From: Phoronis australis
Taxonomy: Eukaryota > Animalia > Phoronida
DNA length: 64,000 nucleotides
Reading direction: 5' to 3'
NCBI GenBank assembly: GCA_002633005.1
Contig: NMRA01000225.1
Span: forward strand, 365,297-429,296
Made by a program: the position numbers and the translations under genes. The notes under the pieces are model-generated. The model was not told where the DNA came from. It saw nothing but the letters and a program-made list of their open reading frames with translations, and ran no database searches. This document shows positions 11,722 to 25,400 of this stretch, piece after piece; the first letter of the stretch is position 1; every line of letters begins with the position of its first letter.

Positions 11722-14235
11722 TTAAACGGACACAGGCAAATGTGTGAGTTGCCTACATGAAACAATATACCAAGTTGTGAAAAATAAACGAATCAATACC
11801 ACAGCCGCCTACCACTAGCAAAGCCAGATTATCCGACCCAGTTGATATCAGGGAAAGCCTAATTACTCACAAGAGATTATATACCAGGACAATTTACCTA
11901 CTCTGAGTTATTGGCACATTCCTTTCATCAGCTTTTATGGAAGAGCCCCTCCCAGGGATTCAAACGTAAACTGTCTTGAAGTTTACACTGATTTACCAAA
12001 TTTTGCTTTTAGTTGTCTAGACTAGAATGTTGTTTCATTCTTTGGCTCTAGAAACAAAAATGGCAGTTATTTATATTGTCTGTTTCAAAATAATAAACAT
12101 ACTTGTGGTCTCCAGTCAAACTCATTGTAGTTGTGTGTCATCAAAACAGGTCACTGAGTCACTTGACTAAGGCACAGGCACATGAATACAACAGTAGACA
12201 GGGCATAAATATTTTGTGACAAGTTGTATCATGTCTCAAAAATAAACAGAAAACGACATGATATAATTATTTTAATTCATCAAGTGTTGTTCAAGTCTTA
12301 TTACTTGGCGAAATAAAGTTTCGCCAAGTATGTTGTTCTGACACTAAGTTTCTTTCTTTTTTTCTTTGTTCGCACAATTTTTTCCAATTTTCACGAAATT
12401 TTCCTATTTATGAGTGGTCACCCGTATGCTGGTCAAAATCTGGGTTTAGCACCTTGCTATAGATTCAGTTGGCCATGTAAGCAGGAGCTGACAAAGCATG
12501 TTATACTTTGCCTGTTTACACTAAAAGCTGCTATGAAACAGGCCTGGTGTGGGCAGAAACAGGCCAGAAAAATAAAATCCTTTTAATATGGACTGTCCAT
12601 GCAGTGCTTACTGCGTAATGCCCAGTGAGGTCGTGCTGTGAACGTGAACACCTTGGTGTGACAGGCCCTTCAAAAAAGTGACTGATGGCAAGAATCAACA
12701 TAATGCAGTTGTGTTGTGATGAATGCAAAAATTTGATAAGAATTTCATTTGTTGCTTTCCCTGAGCTTTGTTGCTTTGTTGCTTCAAGCATTCTTGACTG
12801 TCAAAATTACTTTGTTTACCTCACGCCTGTTTCATGTCACTGGGCTATTTTAAAGACTTAATGAACACTTAAGTAAACAGTGATTTTGACTTGCCACTCC
12901 AGCAGGCATCCCCTGACGTCTTTTAACTTCTAATCTCTCCCTTACGTTACATAGACACACTCTACAAATGGTGTATCCTCCCCTCATAAGATTTACAATG
13001 GACCAATAGACCCTATGTTATATAAATATGTCCTCTGACACTCAACACCTTAATTCATTTGCCTTGCTGATATAAAGGGACCAGGGCAGAACAGGCTATT
13101 TGTTGTGGCCCACATCTTGTTTCGTTTCTGAGTATATTCACACTGGGTTCTCCAGGGCTATGATTGGATCAGCCATTGGCAACCTGACATTTAAAATCCT
13201 TTTGTGGTTGCAAGCCAAACATTGGTTAGGGAATTAATATCGTCTGTTATCAATATCGTTTATTTAGCCTCCAGGATTATATCCAGAATTTTACCACCTT
13301 GAACAGTGTTATTTTCAGAAGTATTTATTTGTAAGTCCCCTGCAAAGACCTTTGAGGCTTACACTATGTATCTTAATACTAGCGTGGTAATGTAATCACA
13401 AATTGACATTTGCAAGCTCCCACAATGCAGTTTGGCTTGGAGAAACTGCTGCATTTGTAACTTGGACGCGTCACAAACCAGTACGGTAAAGAAAAAAATG
13501 CATTAGGAGTCTAGGACTGCAGTTAATTTGTGTATTCTGACTTTCCACACAATGCCAGCCACACAACTTGTCACAAACTCTCTTGTCCAACTGAACCCAA
13601 CATTCACGATCAGGTTTCCAGAATAAGCATATCAATAACTAACATATCAACAGTTGTCCGAAAGGACATCATCTGCACATCAATAGACTACCTACCCTCC
13701 CACCATAATAAAATTAATAAGTTCCAAATCGGGAGACAAACTTATGTTAATTTGCCTGGCAGGTGACATGCGCTGTAGCTGTGAGTATTTGTATCCATCT
13801 CTGTGTTATGAAGACTGTGTCCCTCTCAGACATGGTTCAATGGTCGTCATGGCAATTCTTCACCTATGTAGCACCAATATGGCAGTCGTGTGAAATCTTA
13901 TTTTGTTGCTCAAGATTTCACAATGAAGACAAATATTAAGAAATTGTTATTGTATTATTGTTTTATTGTGTTATTGTACTTGGGTTTAGTTCCTTTTCTT
14001 TGTATCAAGGTAACCATCATTTGAAGATTAGAAAAACATCACTTCGGGCCATTACTTGGGTCTTATACACCTTATCCACGCATTCGCCATTTTAAAAGTG
14101 AGCCTCTTTTTAGGTTTTAAAAACAATGCATTCTGCGCTTAACCACAGCACAAGTGTAATTTTTTCGCGTGCCTTGTTACATTTATAATGTCTCAAGTGC
14201 ATTTCTCACTATTGAATTGGTGACTACGTGAATAA

Positions 14236-14485
14236 GGGTTCCGTTCCAAGAAACTGACTTAAGTTGATTTTTGACTTAAGTCTAAGATTTGTCTTAACTT
14301 CCAAACTTTGAAACTTCCACATTCGGTAAATTCCTCAAAACTAAGAAAAAAATTACCTCAAACACATTAATCAAGCTAAAGATCTCTTTATTGAAATGAT
14401 TTTGAGACAAATTTAACTTTTATTTTAAAATTTAGTAAAATTTAAGAATTTTCTTAGGTAAGTCAATTTTGTTGGCACGGGCCCC
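14236..14485. mobile_element. Tourist/Harbinger-like MITE, family 3
   Basis: TIRs gggttccgttccaagaaactgactta ... taagtcaattttgttggcacgggcccc, flanked by TAA / TGA. Confidence 0.6.
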
Positions 14486-16855
14486 TGATCTATAAGTAAT
14501 TAATTAGGTTATGGTTTCGTTTTCACTCTTTGCAACTCATGGACTATGTTATTTTTGATAAACTTTGATGCCGATTTTTAAGTACTTTTTTAGAAACTTG
14601 AACAAATTTTAAAAGATGCTTTTACTCATACTGGTTGAGCTGGTGTTTTAAAGTGTCAGTGGACGATTTGATTTTGAATAATAATTTGTGCATCCAAGGT
14701 CTGGATGTACAGTTGCCATTCCAGGCTCATTTATATACACGCACTAGCCAAGAAGGTGAATACCTAGGGGTGTTTCTAGTCTTTCTCATTGTTATCCAAT
14801 TAGCGCACTGTGATATCCCCTGAAAAGACCAAACAGGTGAATAGTCAGGTGTACAGTTCAACTGTTTGTTCTGTGCAGTGGTTTTGCCAAAATAAATTTC
14901 TGGTCAAAGGCTTCACGCTCTGGGTTGGTTTACACGCACTTGTTTTCAAACATGATCGAATGTTTCAACGACTCTGCAGAGACCTCCAGGCTATTGGTTT
15001 AGTTATCTTTGTTGGGAAACACTGGCTGACTTGGATGAGATCAACTTGTCAGTTTTACAAACTTGATATCGGTTGCGGAATTAAAAAAGATGCTGCAAGG
15101 AGTTCCCAAAATCGCATGCATTTGAAAAATAATGACAATTGTTTCAAAAGACTTGTGTTATTTGTCCGTTGTTCCTCGTGCTTAAGGGAAGTGTTAGTGT
15201 TTCGTAATTCAATTTAACATCTCAAATTGTGGACCTATTTTCTTGGCCAGAAACATTTCATTCTCAACAGGTGTGCTTTGTCAACAATAAAATTCTTTTA
15301 AATGACCTTAATCTGATTAAAAAACCTGTTTGCTATTTCTGTCTGAGCTCCAAACAATTTCTATTCAATAAATCGTAGCTATGGGACAAGCTTTCTCAGA
15401 TAAACTTGTCAGTGCTCAGTAAGTTCCATCAAAACATCCTACTTAGCCAACATACTGGTTCTCAAGTATTGAACACGTGAGTAGTGCTTCTCTCTTTTAA
15501 TGATTTCCTTGAAGTACCGTGCTTCAAATTGAGATTATGAGTATTTATGGACCACTAGATCCTTTATTTATGTTGTGATATAGTTTCAATACATTTATGT
15601 GTAAACCATTCAGCCAAAGCATTCATTTGCTTTGTAAAATAAAAATCTGCATTTGACAATTTTGAATGGCACAAAACATTCTCCCGTTTGTCAAGTTTTC
15701 TTTAATGGAGCCACTTATAAAAATGTATTGGCTATCCAAGAGAAATCGCTGCAGTGTGTTCCCAACCTTGTTGGAGATAGCTTGCGTAAACTGAATATTT
15801 TTGTAAACTGTGGAGTAAATGGGGTATTTTTGTAAACCGATCCCTGTATGTGTACTTAACTGTAGTTTGTCTGGTGTCAGTTAGAGTCTTGCCTGACCCA
15901 ACAAAAGACAGGCCCCAGTGTTGACATAAGGCTGTGATTGGAGAGACTGTTTAGCAGACTGTTAGTTTGAATTCAATATGTGTACAATAGGCAACTTTAC
16001 GGTCTTTGTATAAAAATCGCAGGAAATGCTTGCGCTTGGCATCATTTGCGCTGTGCCCACAGAGTGTGGGGGATTGACGGGGATTCCACATGAAGTGGCT
16101 GGTGTGTTGATGGTTTGTCAAACAAGATAAACGTTTGAAGGAGGTGATAACATTGAGAATCCCTTGGATAAAAGTGGCGGGATGATCCTAATCCTGTTAT
16201 AGTATGAACAGTGCAGTGAACATTGCGCAGTTTCAGTGAAGAGGTGTTACTGTAGTCGCACAGTCTTTTGCTCGTGCAGTACTGGACATATACTCTGTCC
16301 CCGGCATGACAAGGAGGCGCTGAGTGTCGACATGTGGTTTACATTGTTCGACTGAGTCACCTGGTTGTGTTGGACATTACCTGTGTTATTTAATCAGTTG
16401 TTGAACCTCCAGTCAAATTAATCATCAGCTGCTGTCTGGCCGACTGAGACTACATTGACAATAGCACCTGTATGGAGCAGGTCCTTCTTACTGTGTCACT
16501 CTGCGTTGTGACAGATCACCAACAGACCTGGTCAGATGGCACCACTTTATATTAACTCAATGCACTCTCTCTCATCTGATGTTTTTCATTAATGTCGTAG
16601 TGTGGCAGGTGGTTTTTACATCATTTCAAGGCCAGAGACATTTTCATTGTGAGGTGAACAGGATACCATCGAGATAACAGCGTTAACAGATTTCTGCCTA
16701 TGAGTAATTTTCGGTTTGGATTACTATTTTTTGTGGTCCCATTTTGAAAGCTGTTTACATTCCTGGTTTCTGGTTCACTTCAAGACCAGTTGAAATCTTC
16801 TGGGTGAGAGAGCGGTGTGACAACCGTGTTGACTTTAGTCAGACAGTGGTCCAAC

Positions 16856-16935
16856 ATGTCTGAGGAAAGTTCAGAAGTACCAAGGGCAGGATTTGTAGCC
16901 CGCATGAGGTCCAGTTGGGCGGCCCTTATGTCCAG
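16856..16935 (+). CDS. Candidate alternative first coding exon of Shroom (PDZ-less isoform)
   Basis: aacATG start, MSEESSEVPRAGFVARMRSSWAALMS, perfect donor CAG|gtaagt. Phase 2, matching acceptor 44829. Confidence 0.65.
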
Positions 16936-19222
16936 GTAAGTGGTTAACAAATGGTCATACTGGGGGGAGGATGGATTCAGGAGAAGGGAGGGTTAGGCAT
17001 ATTTATGGAAATAAGCACTTTGCTCTTGTGCACTTGATACATGTGTTGGTTGTTGGTCGTAGACAAAGAAATATTTTTGTCGTCATCAAGTTATATTGTC
17101 GTTGTTTTTTGATTGGCCTGTTTATTTCAGTTTTTTATGTGTGACATACTTTTGCATTTATTTCAAACAAAAAATATTTGACAATTAGTGTTGTTGGCGT
17201 GATTTACAGCTTGGCGGCATCTTTTGCAACAAGCTGACCAGTCTATTTGAGGAGCTGGATAATTGCCTTCTGAACACCTCAAACTTATGTTGAATGCATC
17301 AGTTACAAATAGTTTCAGCAGTGATTACCTTGTGGTCAGCATTCCAACAATTGCTTTTACACATCATTCAGCACTTAATAAGGCGTAGAAATATTCACTT
17401 TGATTATTGTTTACACTTCTTGCTCTCCTTGTGGAATCAATGTTAGATCAACAGTTTCTAGCTTTGATGCCTAGGTTTTCCTTGTCTGCCATTGTCTGTC
17501 CGCCATTGTGAGAGCCTTGACTTGTGTGTGTGGGCCTAACTCACCTGCTGGAATAAAGTAACCAGTCATGGCTATGGAACGCAGGTGTCTTAGTCAATCC
17601 AGACATAATTCAGTTGAAAAATTCGCATTATTATTTTCTGACTCTCGTGGTTTTCTTTCTAGTCTAGTTTCTTTTTGATGGCGTAGTATTGGAAGTAATA
17701 GTTTATCTGTCTTAGTAAATGTCATTGGCTATTTACATTTAGATTTGAGTTAAACTTGGGATTTTGGAAGACTTAGGTATTGTATTGTCTTCACAAGATG
17801 GCTGCTATATGCTTTCTGTGAAATGATGAACAGCGCAGCACATCTGTAAGTGTTCATGTCCCCCTTTGTCGCCTTTGACCTTTTGATTCAGACATGATAG
17901 TCTGCATTTTAATTGCTCATAAATACCCAATAACATAATATTAGTTATAATAACAAGACTATCCCTTTAGGACATGTTTCTAGTGTCATTAAGGAAGATA
18001 CAGGATTAGAATGAAGACCAAAAGGGATGTATGTATGAACAAATGTGCCAAGGTACAAGAGCAGACGAAAATCGCATGTGCTGGGCCACAGTTGCCAAGG
18101 TTGGGCAGACCAACATGTTGAGACGAACTGTACCAGTCAGTCAGTCAAGTGTAGCCTTTCTCTTGAAGATATGTTTTCACAAAAATCACGTTTGTGCACA
18201 ATTACGAACTTCTAGTCGTTACTACAGCGTTACTACAGCGAGTTCTCACATGGAATGTTTCCCAAAATTGGATCACTCAGAAAGCTGAATGTTAACCAAA
18301 TGAAGATAGATTAGTAAAGCATTGCCCAGCGTGCAATGGCTTTAGCATGTGGTGATCTTTATAGACTGTCTCTCTCTGTTTGTCTGGGGCATTTCTCCCA
18401 GAATAAATGTTCCACACTTGTCACTCTTGTGTGTATACTTTGGGTCCTCACTCCTGTAGCGGGATAACATCGGTACATCTGTGATGATAAGGATAATGGG
18501 TTGATGTGATGCTCATGAAACATCTTAAAAGCCATGGATCCTGTTGCTTTGTTGTACCTAAAGGGTTCCATTACATTCTCAAGTTTCACTATTTTACAAC
18601 ACGCTTTTATTTGTACTATTTGCATATCACCAGCAAACCCATCAATGTTTTACACTGATAATCGATGGTCCCCTTTCTTTGCCTGGTTTTGACAATGCTA
18701 GGAATGTGAAGGTGTTCAATAAAGAATGGCCATTTGATGTCAAAACACTAGCAGTGTTTGTCTTCGCCATACACTCCAGCTAATCAGTCCAATAGTGGCC
18801 CTGTTTGGCCAATGTCATTAGGATGAAGGCCTTTGTCAGCTGGGCATGTGTGCACTGATCAGCAGGTAAACCGTTATGGAGGTCTTGAGTTGGAAAAACT
18901 GCAATATGGTGTATAACAAGTGGTCCAATCTGACGAAATCTTCAATAACTAGTGAACTTAACACCTTGTTTCTGCCATTCTGAACAGAGGAGTACGCTAC
19001 ACAGTTTCTGACACTTGAACTGTCATTACCCAATCAGCATAGTGGAGACACCACAGGACAACTACCTTAGTTTCGAGAGGGGCTTTGTTAAAGGCACAGG
19101 GATACTGCCAAGATTCTCATCTTCTCATTATGTGACCATTAGGCATTGATTGGTCAATCGGGTTATACCTGAAAACTCAGCATGCATGGATCATATGCAA
19201 AGGCATTGAGTATGGTCCTGGT

Positions 19223-19353
19223 ATGAGCCGTGTATGCTTGAAGTTCGAGGAACAGGGTGGCATGATGAAGAAATTTCTGGGAAAATACTTTGGTAAAAGG
19301 GGGCCGAGATCCGATGATGGGGAAGATGACTCGATGTACTGGACTTTTGATAG
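19223..19353 (+). CDS. Candidate alternative first coding exon of Shroom
   Basis: MSRVCLKFEEQGGMMKKFLGKYFGKRGPRSDDGEDDSMYWTFD, donor TAG|gtgagc, phase 2. In-frame stop upstream and protein-like composition. The start could instead be the ATG at 19262. Confidence 0.6.
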
Positions 19354-20899
19354 GTGAGCCAAGGGTGTTTTGGTAGTGTTAAACTCGGTGCATGTCATGA
19401 AACTATCATTCCTGCTGTTTTGAACAGGTACTTTCTGAAGTAACACAGTGGCACTCTGTTTCTGTGGTGTTTCCCCACAATGCTACACGTCAGCGGAGCA
19501 CTCATCCCGCTATTGCTGCTGCTCAAAATAGATCAAAATTTGTTCGCAATTTGACATTTTGATGCCAATAAAAGTTTTACTATTGCATGGTGAGTTGCCA
19601 TGCTAAAAAGTTGTAGGGGATGAGATAAATGGTTCCTGTTTTGGACTCTGCTCAGTAGTATGTGTTAGGGGCCCAGCATTTAAACACTATACTAAACATC
19701 CAATACATTTTCTTACCTCCATAAAAGAGGAGAGTTGAATTCTGGAAATTGCTATTGCAGTATATTAGAGAATGGTATGCCAATAGAACAAGGTATACTG
19801 TAAAAGTAGTGACTCATACTAAATAGGTCAAGCGGTCGATTGACATGGTTCGATAGTGAAATCTAAAACTTTATTTGTCTCAAATTTAATACTCAACAAC
19901 TGAAAGGTGCTCGTATCAAATGAAACAAGTGCATTCCTTAGCGTTGCTTTGTCTTATAGCCAGATGTAATGGTACACTCTGCAATAGAAAAATTTTTGTC
20001 TCAAACATCACGTGCAGACTTGGCCTAACCACCTTGAACTTCGTTCCGCTAAGTGCAATTCAGTATAGATGATAATGTTTGATACAGTGGTTTTTGATCA
20101 CTGCCCAATACCCTGCCTAACACATTTCCAGATAAAAGTTTGAAAATCTCCCATATCAATTTCTAGACATTCCATTAGATATCTGTTTGGTAAGTGAATT
20201 TGGAGGCCCCTCTTATCAGGCTGGTGTCAGATGTTGATTCGGACATATCATGCCTCCTATTAGCCTGTTATCTCTGGGTTTTTATCAAGTGCACAACACA
20301 GGTGGATCTAACAGTAACAGATCACCTCTTGATGGTAGTGTTTATTCCCAGGTGGAAGGACAAGCTGGTCTTGTTTGCTCGGTTGTGTTTTGGTCTGTGT
20401 CTTCACAATGCTGGGTTGTCAGGCCCACTGGCAATCATTGGTATGTTGTTGTAATCTGTGATGACAGCGGTCAGTGGCTGTTATTCTAATCTGTGGTGAC
20501 AGGTGCTGTGTCTGTCAGAGTGCCAAGTAGAGTGAGGTGTGAAATAGGTAGCAAATAGTTTAGAGCATCATACACCATCCATTTGTATATTGGAAAAGTT
20601 GTTGATTAAGACATCATCGCTCTGTTGGCTTTGATACAATAATTTAAACTTAAGTTACACAGGTGTGATATAATTTGCTCAATTTTATGCAGAAGGCCCA
20701 CTATTTTGAAACCAGTGGCCTTTGTAATAGAGAAGAGAGTTTCTGCAAAAGCAAGCTCCACTTGTCAGCTGCCGTTTTGAATGTTAAGTTAGTATGTAAG
20801 CTATCAGTTGTTTGTAAATGAGCCCAGAGCTTTATTTGGAATATATCGTTTAAGGACCATTAGACAAATCCAAATACGTGTCCTGGTGTATGTTTGAAA

Positions 20900-21630
20900 A
20901 TGAAATATGCTCGGGTGTGGTAGGATTCAACCTTGCATGTTTTGGGCCTATCTTCAGAAGATGTTCTTTATACATGCTCACTGGGCATATCTTAAGATGG
21001 GTAGTCTGCAAAGTATCTTTTTGTGACTTTTCCTGGGCTACATGCTGGTGGGTGTGTGTCATTTAATCCCTATAGAGATCAACTTGCAGGGAGGTCAGAC
21101 AGCAGACTTCTGCTGTGTGTTGTGGCTAGAAGGAGTCCTGGTGTACATGGTGCAGTGGCAGAATACTGTAGTGGATAGCTTGGCATGAATACACATTTCC
21201 TGGGCTCTGTCATCTGCCTCAATAAACAAGTTGAACTGTGGTGATTATCACCAACCACCCAAGCTGTATCCCTGCAAAGAGCACAGTTAGACCACCTTTG
21301 TGAAGTTTTCCTCCATTCCCCATTAAGGTTTTTGTAAGATGGAGACATTGATAAGGCATTGTGACCTTCTAAAGACCACTGTAACATTTGTGTTCTTGGG
21401 AGACTTATTACTGAGTTATGTTACATTTACAAGGAATTTTATGAAAGAGGGATGTTGACTTTTAATTTCTGGTGTCTGCTTCTGCATATTCATTCTACAT
21501 TTTGACTGGTAGTAGTGGCTCAATATTATATTCTGGGAATTGCTGTAAAGCATTTGATACCTTTGACCACAACAATCTCTCATACAGTTGTTGATGTTCC
21601 AGTGTTGGTTTAACAAAAATTTGACTGGCA
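20900..21630 (-). mobile_element. Possible decayed tyrosine-recombinase (DIRS/Crypton-like) remnant
   Basis: Minus-strand frame fragments occur in the expected order: QQLYERLLWSK..PLLPV, PSFIKFL, SLPRTQML (cf. RLPIT..L) and ICPVSMYKEHL (cf. LCPV.AL..YL). Frameshifted; recognised by eye only. Confidence 0.3.
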
Positions 21631-22417
21631 NAAGAATCGAAAATTACATCGAGGAAACTGTTCCTCGCTACAGCGACCCGCAATTTAAGTCGCAGTTTCG
21701 GATGAATCGGTCAACTTTTGAGGTTAGTGTTCGTGTTGCAGAACCATAATGGTTTCACATGTTGCAGACGTGAAGCCTTCGCAGGACGCCATCTTGGAAA
21801 TCTAAGCGAACATGCTCTCGAGTTTGTTCGCGAGCGCTCGCGAACGCTTACGTGAACACAGCTGTTCAGGACGAGGGCGCTCAAATCGCTCGCGGGCGCT
21901 CACTCTATTGAACACGCTTCTGGTGTACATGGTGCAGTGGCAGAATACTGTAGTAGATAGTTTGGCATGAATACACATTTCCTGGGCTCTGTCATCTGCC
22001 TCAATAAACAAGTTGAACTGTGGTGATTACCGTATCACCAACCACCCAAGCTGTATCCCTGCAAAGAGCACAGTTAGACCACCTTTGTGAAGTTTTCCTC
22101 CATTCCCCATTAAGGTTTTTGTAAGATGGAGACATTGATAAGGCATTGTGACCTTCTAAAGACCACTGTAACATTTGTGTTCTTGGGAGACTTATTACTG
22201 AGTTATGTTACATTTACAAGGAATTTTATGAAAGAGGGATGTTGACTTTTAATTTCTGGTGTCTGCTTCTGCATATTCATTCTACATTTTGACTGGTAGT
22301 AGTGGCTCAATATTATATTCTGGGAATTACTGTAAAGCATTTGATACCTTTGACCACAACAATCTCTCATACAGTTGTTGATGTTCCAGTGTTGGTTTAA
22401 CAAAAATTTGACTGGCA
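21138..22417. repeat. Direct duplication of about 495 bp (21138-21630 / 21920-22417), separated by an N and a transposon end
   Basis: The copies are near identical (a few SNPs and one 5-bp indel). The first copy ends exactly at N 21631. Confidence 0.9.
21632..21919 (+). mobile_element. Terminal fragment of a PIF/Harbinger transposon with a transposase exon remnant
   Basis: 21633-21722 translates RIENYIEETVPRYSDPQFKSQFRMNRSTFE, with the F...FRM.R.TF motif of Harbinger/HARBI1 transposases, followed by a GT donor. A CpG-rich subterminal region ends ctctattgaacacgctt|CTG. Confidence 0.75.
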
Positions 22418-25400
22418 GGTTTTGCTTAACCTGTGTTAAACCAACTAAACCTATTTGTAGGGATTAGGTAATGGTAACCCTTCACTCAACAGTTGGAAGT
22501 GTTGTTACCCCAGTTCGTAGTTTTAGTCTAGGTATTGCTATTACTTTTTGATGCACCCCAAGTTAGTGGCTCGGTGTGCCAGTGTTTCCTACAAGATTTT
22601 CTGCGGCGCCCACATGCTCAGTTGTAACTTTGAAGTAGCTGTGTTCACACTGAGTTGCAATGGTTATATGGTAACATACCTTCTCAGAGAGATATTACTG
22701 TGTTACTGTTGCGACTTTTGAAACCGGTTTTAAAGTATTCAGGCTAAAATGTATAATCTTTAAATTGGTTTCAAAAGTATAACCACTTTGATATAGACAG
22801 GTTATAAAATACTTTTCAGATAAGTTTTGGAAAGTGTTAGTCTGAGTGAAGAGTGAACTTTGGTCTTGGACTGAAGTTAAAATTGCCCATTAACTTTGCA
22901 GTTAAAAAGTGAATTTAATCCAGGAACATTGGTATGAGTGCTTTAATTTGGTGTCTCCAGTGTTATCGGCAGGCATAGCTGTCAATAATGGAACAAGTGT
23001 GTTTGGTAATGTTATATTCAAATATTTAGTATTCTGCCACTGCAAGCACTTCATTTAACTCCTTATTGGAACATATTCTTGATTTTTCCATTTTAAAAAG
23101 ATTGTCATGGTTTATACAATGGTATCACAGTACCTTCTGGTGATGACTTCAATGACCCAGGGTCAAAACAACCAATAGCTTCGTTGAACGCTTACATTAG
23201 CTTCCGAAACCGATACGAAATATTCAACATTTTGTGGTTAATATAATTTTTTATCGGAGTTAGTTCAATAGTCTGAAAGTGCTGTAAATGGACACTCACT
23301 TGAGTTGTGACGATATACAACCGTCTACTGATGTCAGGTGTAAAACTGCGATAACATTGCTGAATTAAGTGTTCTCTCCTCGTTTCGCAAGATTACACTT
23401 CATTCAAGATGTTTGCCTGAAGATTTTCTGGTGTGGAGCCAGGATTACCTAGCTGCCATTAGTCACGGGGTGTCCAGAGCTGGAGTGTGCCACATCTTAG
23501 CAACCTGCCCTCCCTGTCCATTGGTAGCTGTAATAAAACCTGGTGAAAAATGGCTTCTGTTATTTGCCTTATCTATTGACAGTCACCTATTACACATATT
23601 TGTCAAGAAGAAATTGATGCCCTCTCATGACCGTTAGTAAATAGTGGTAATACCACTGAATGATTTAAGTTTTTTAAGGTTCAGTTACTCCTGGGAGAAT
23701 AGCAGCAGCACTGCACCATTTAGTTCTCTTAAAAATTAATTGAATGTTACCTTACAATAAAATCTCGCCAAATTTTAATTATTGAGATGCCTTGTCATGT
23801 TCAGGTTGTATAACATAGATTGCCATCAAACAAACCGCGTGTTTTGAATAGTTGTGGGACGGGTTTTCTTGAAAACGAGACGGGTTTTAGTAATTGCATT
23901 TTTTACAAGATTGTTTCAGTGTTATCGTAAAAATTGATTGCTAGTAAATAAACTGGAAAAAATCGAAATTGTTCTTATGTTAAACGTTAGAAACTTGCTC
24001 GAGCTGATTTCCACCTGCCTGAGTGTAACATTTGACAGGTTTTGGGTGTTGGAAATTTAAGATTGTAGTATTGTCCAGATTAGTGCTCATGGTGTTTGGA
24101 TGGAGAAACTCAAGGGATAGGGATTGATCCTGAACGCAACAAATAATGACTGCTTGAGAAAAGTTGGAGGGTGAGCATTGAACTGAATGTATAGTAATGG
24201 TGTTCAGATAATGGAAGTGCTTCCATCCGAAAACTGATTTTGTCCCACCACTTAGTCTTATTGTGACGACAATGAAGTCTCAAATTGATGAGTTCAAGCG
24301 CAGCGTAGACGAAGAGCTATGAGGTCAGATGGCGCTTTGAGTGGAAGTTGGCTGAGCACGCAGCTCATGTCAACGGGTTAACAGTTGAATGAAATACCGG
24401 CCAGTTTATTTGAAGCGGCTGTAACATACATTCTGTCAAGAAGCGAATGTTTTGATTCCGACCTCTTACCGTTACAAAATTGGCCTCAACTTTGGATTCG
24501 CAGTTCAATATTCTTTGAGATCGTGTTGGGCACATAAAATGATCCACCGACAGTAGCGAACTGATATCATCTTCGTTGTTACTGAGGAAAAATTTGTGAC
24601 CAGTTTGGTATTAGTGGTCTAAATTTATGGTTGGTGTGATGGAAGGCAGATTAGTGACTACTTTTTGATCCTTGTTTTCACATCTTGATGTGCACCTCTG
24701 TCTAACATTAGGCACAGTACCAGACAAAAGTAATCGAACAAAATAACATTTTCTAATCATGACAGCTAATCATGTTAACATCACAATGACCGATAATAAT
24801 AACTATTGTTTGGAAAGATTATAATCACAGAATGGCTTATTAATTGCATCAGTTTTTGGCCACAATAGAATAAGAAACAGGACAGTCGTCACCTTACTAA
24901 CTTTCCCCATTTATGTCCGTTCGGTATGGGTCAAGAGCAAAAACCGCTCTGGCGATGAATTTTGACTTCTGACTAGTTGTCATGACAGGGAATTCCTTGT
25001 CATTTTGTCTGAATACTTCTGTTTTGTACCATAGGTGGTTTTACCACTGTGTTGGTGCACATGCTATACACTGGCATTGTGTTGTGTTTTATCAGGTATT
25101 GTTAATGACTGCACTCTAAGGTAATTTGTTCAACAGCCTCAGGCACTGACTTGAAGTATGTGCAGGTCATATGGTATCACATGTTTGCTGTGTAAGTGAA
25201 AGTTATTGTCAGAAACTATTGATATCCCAGATGGTGGACAATTGGCAGAGGGTGACTGGAGGTGAGCCATTTTGACAGTGAACTCTGTTTCACCTTTCAT
25301 CAGCCAATTAAAACATTGGATAGTGTCTCAGGAATCTTACCTCTATAAGTTTTGCAAGCAAGAGAGTGAAGCAAAGTGAATAGTCTCTTTAGTGAAGTGA

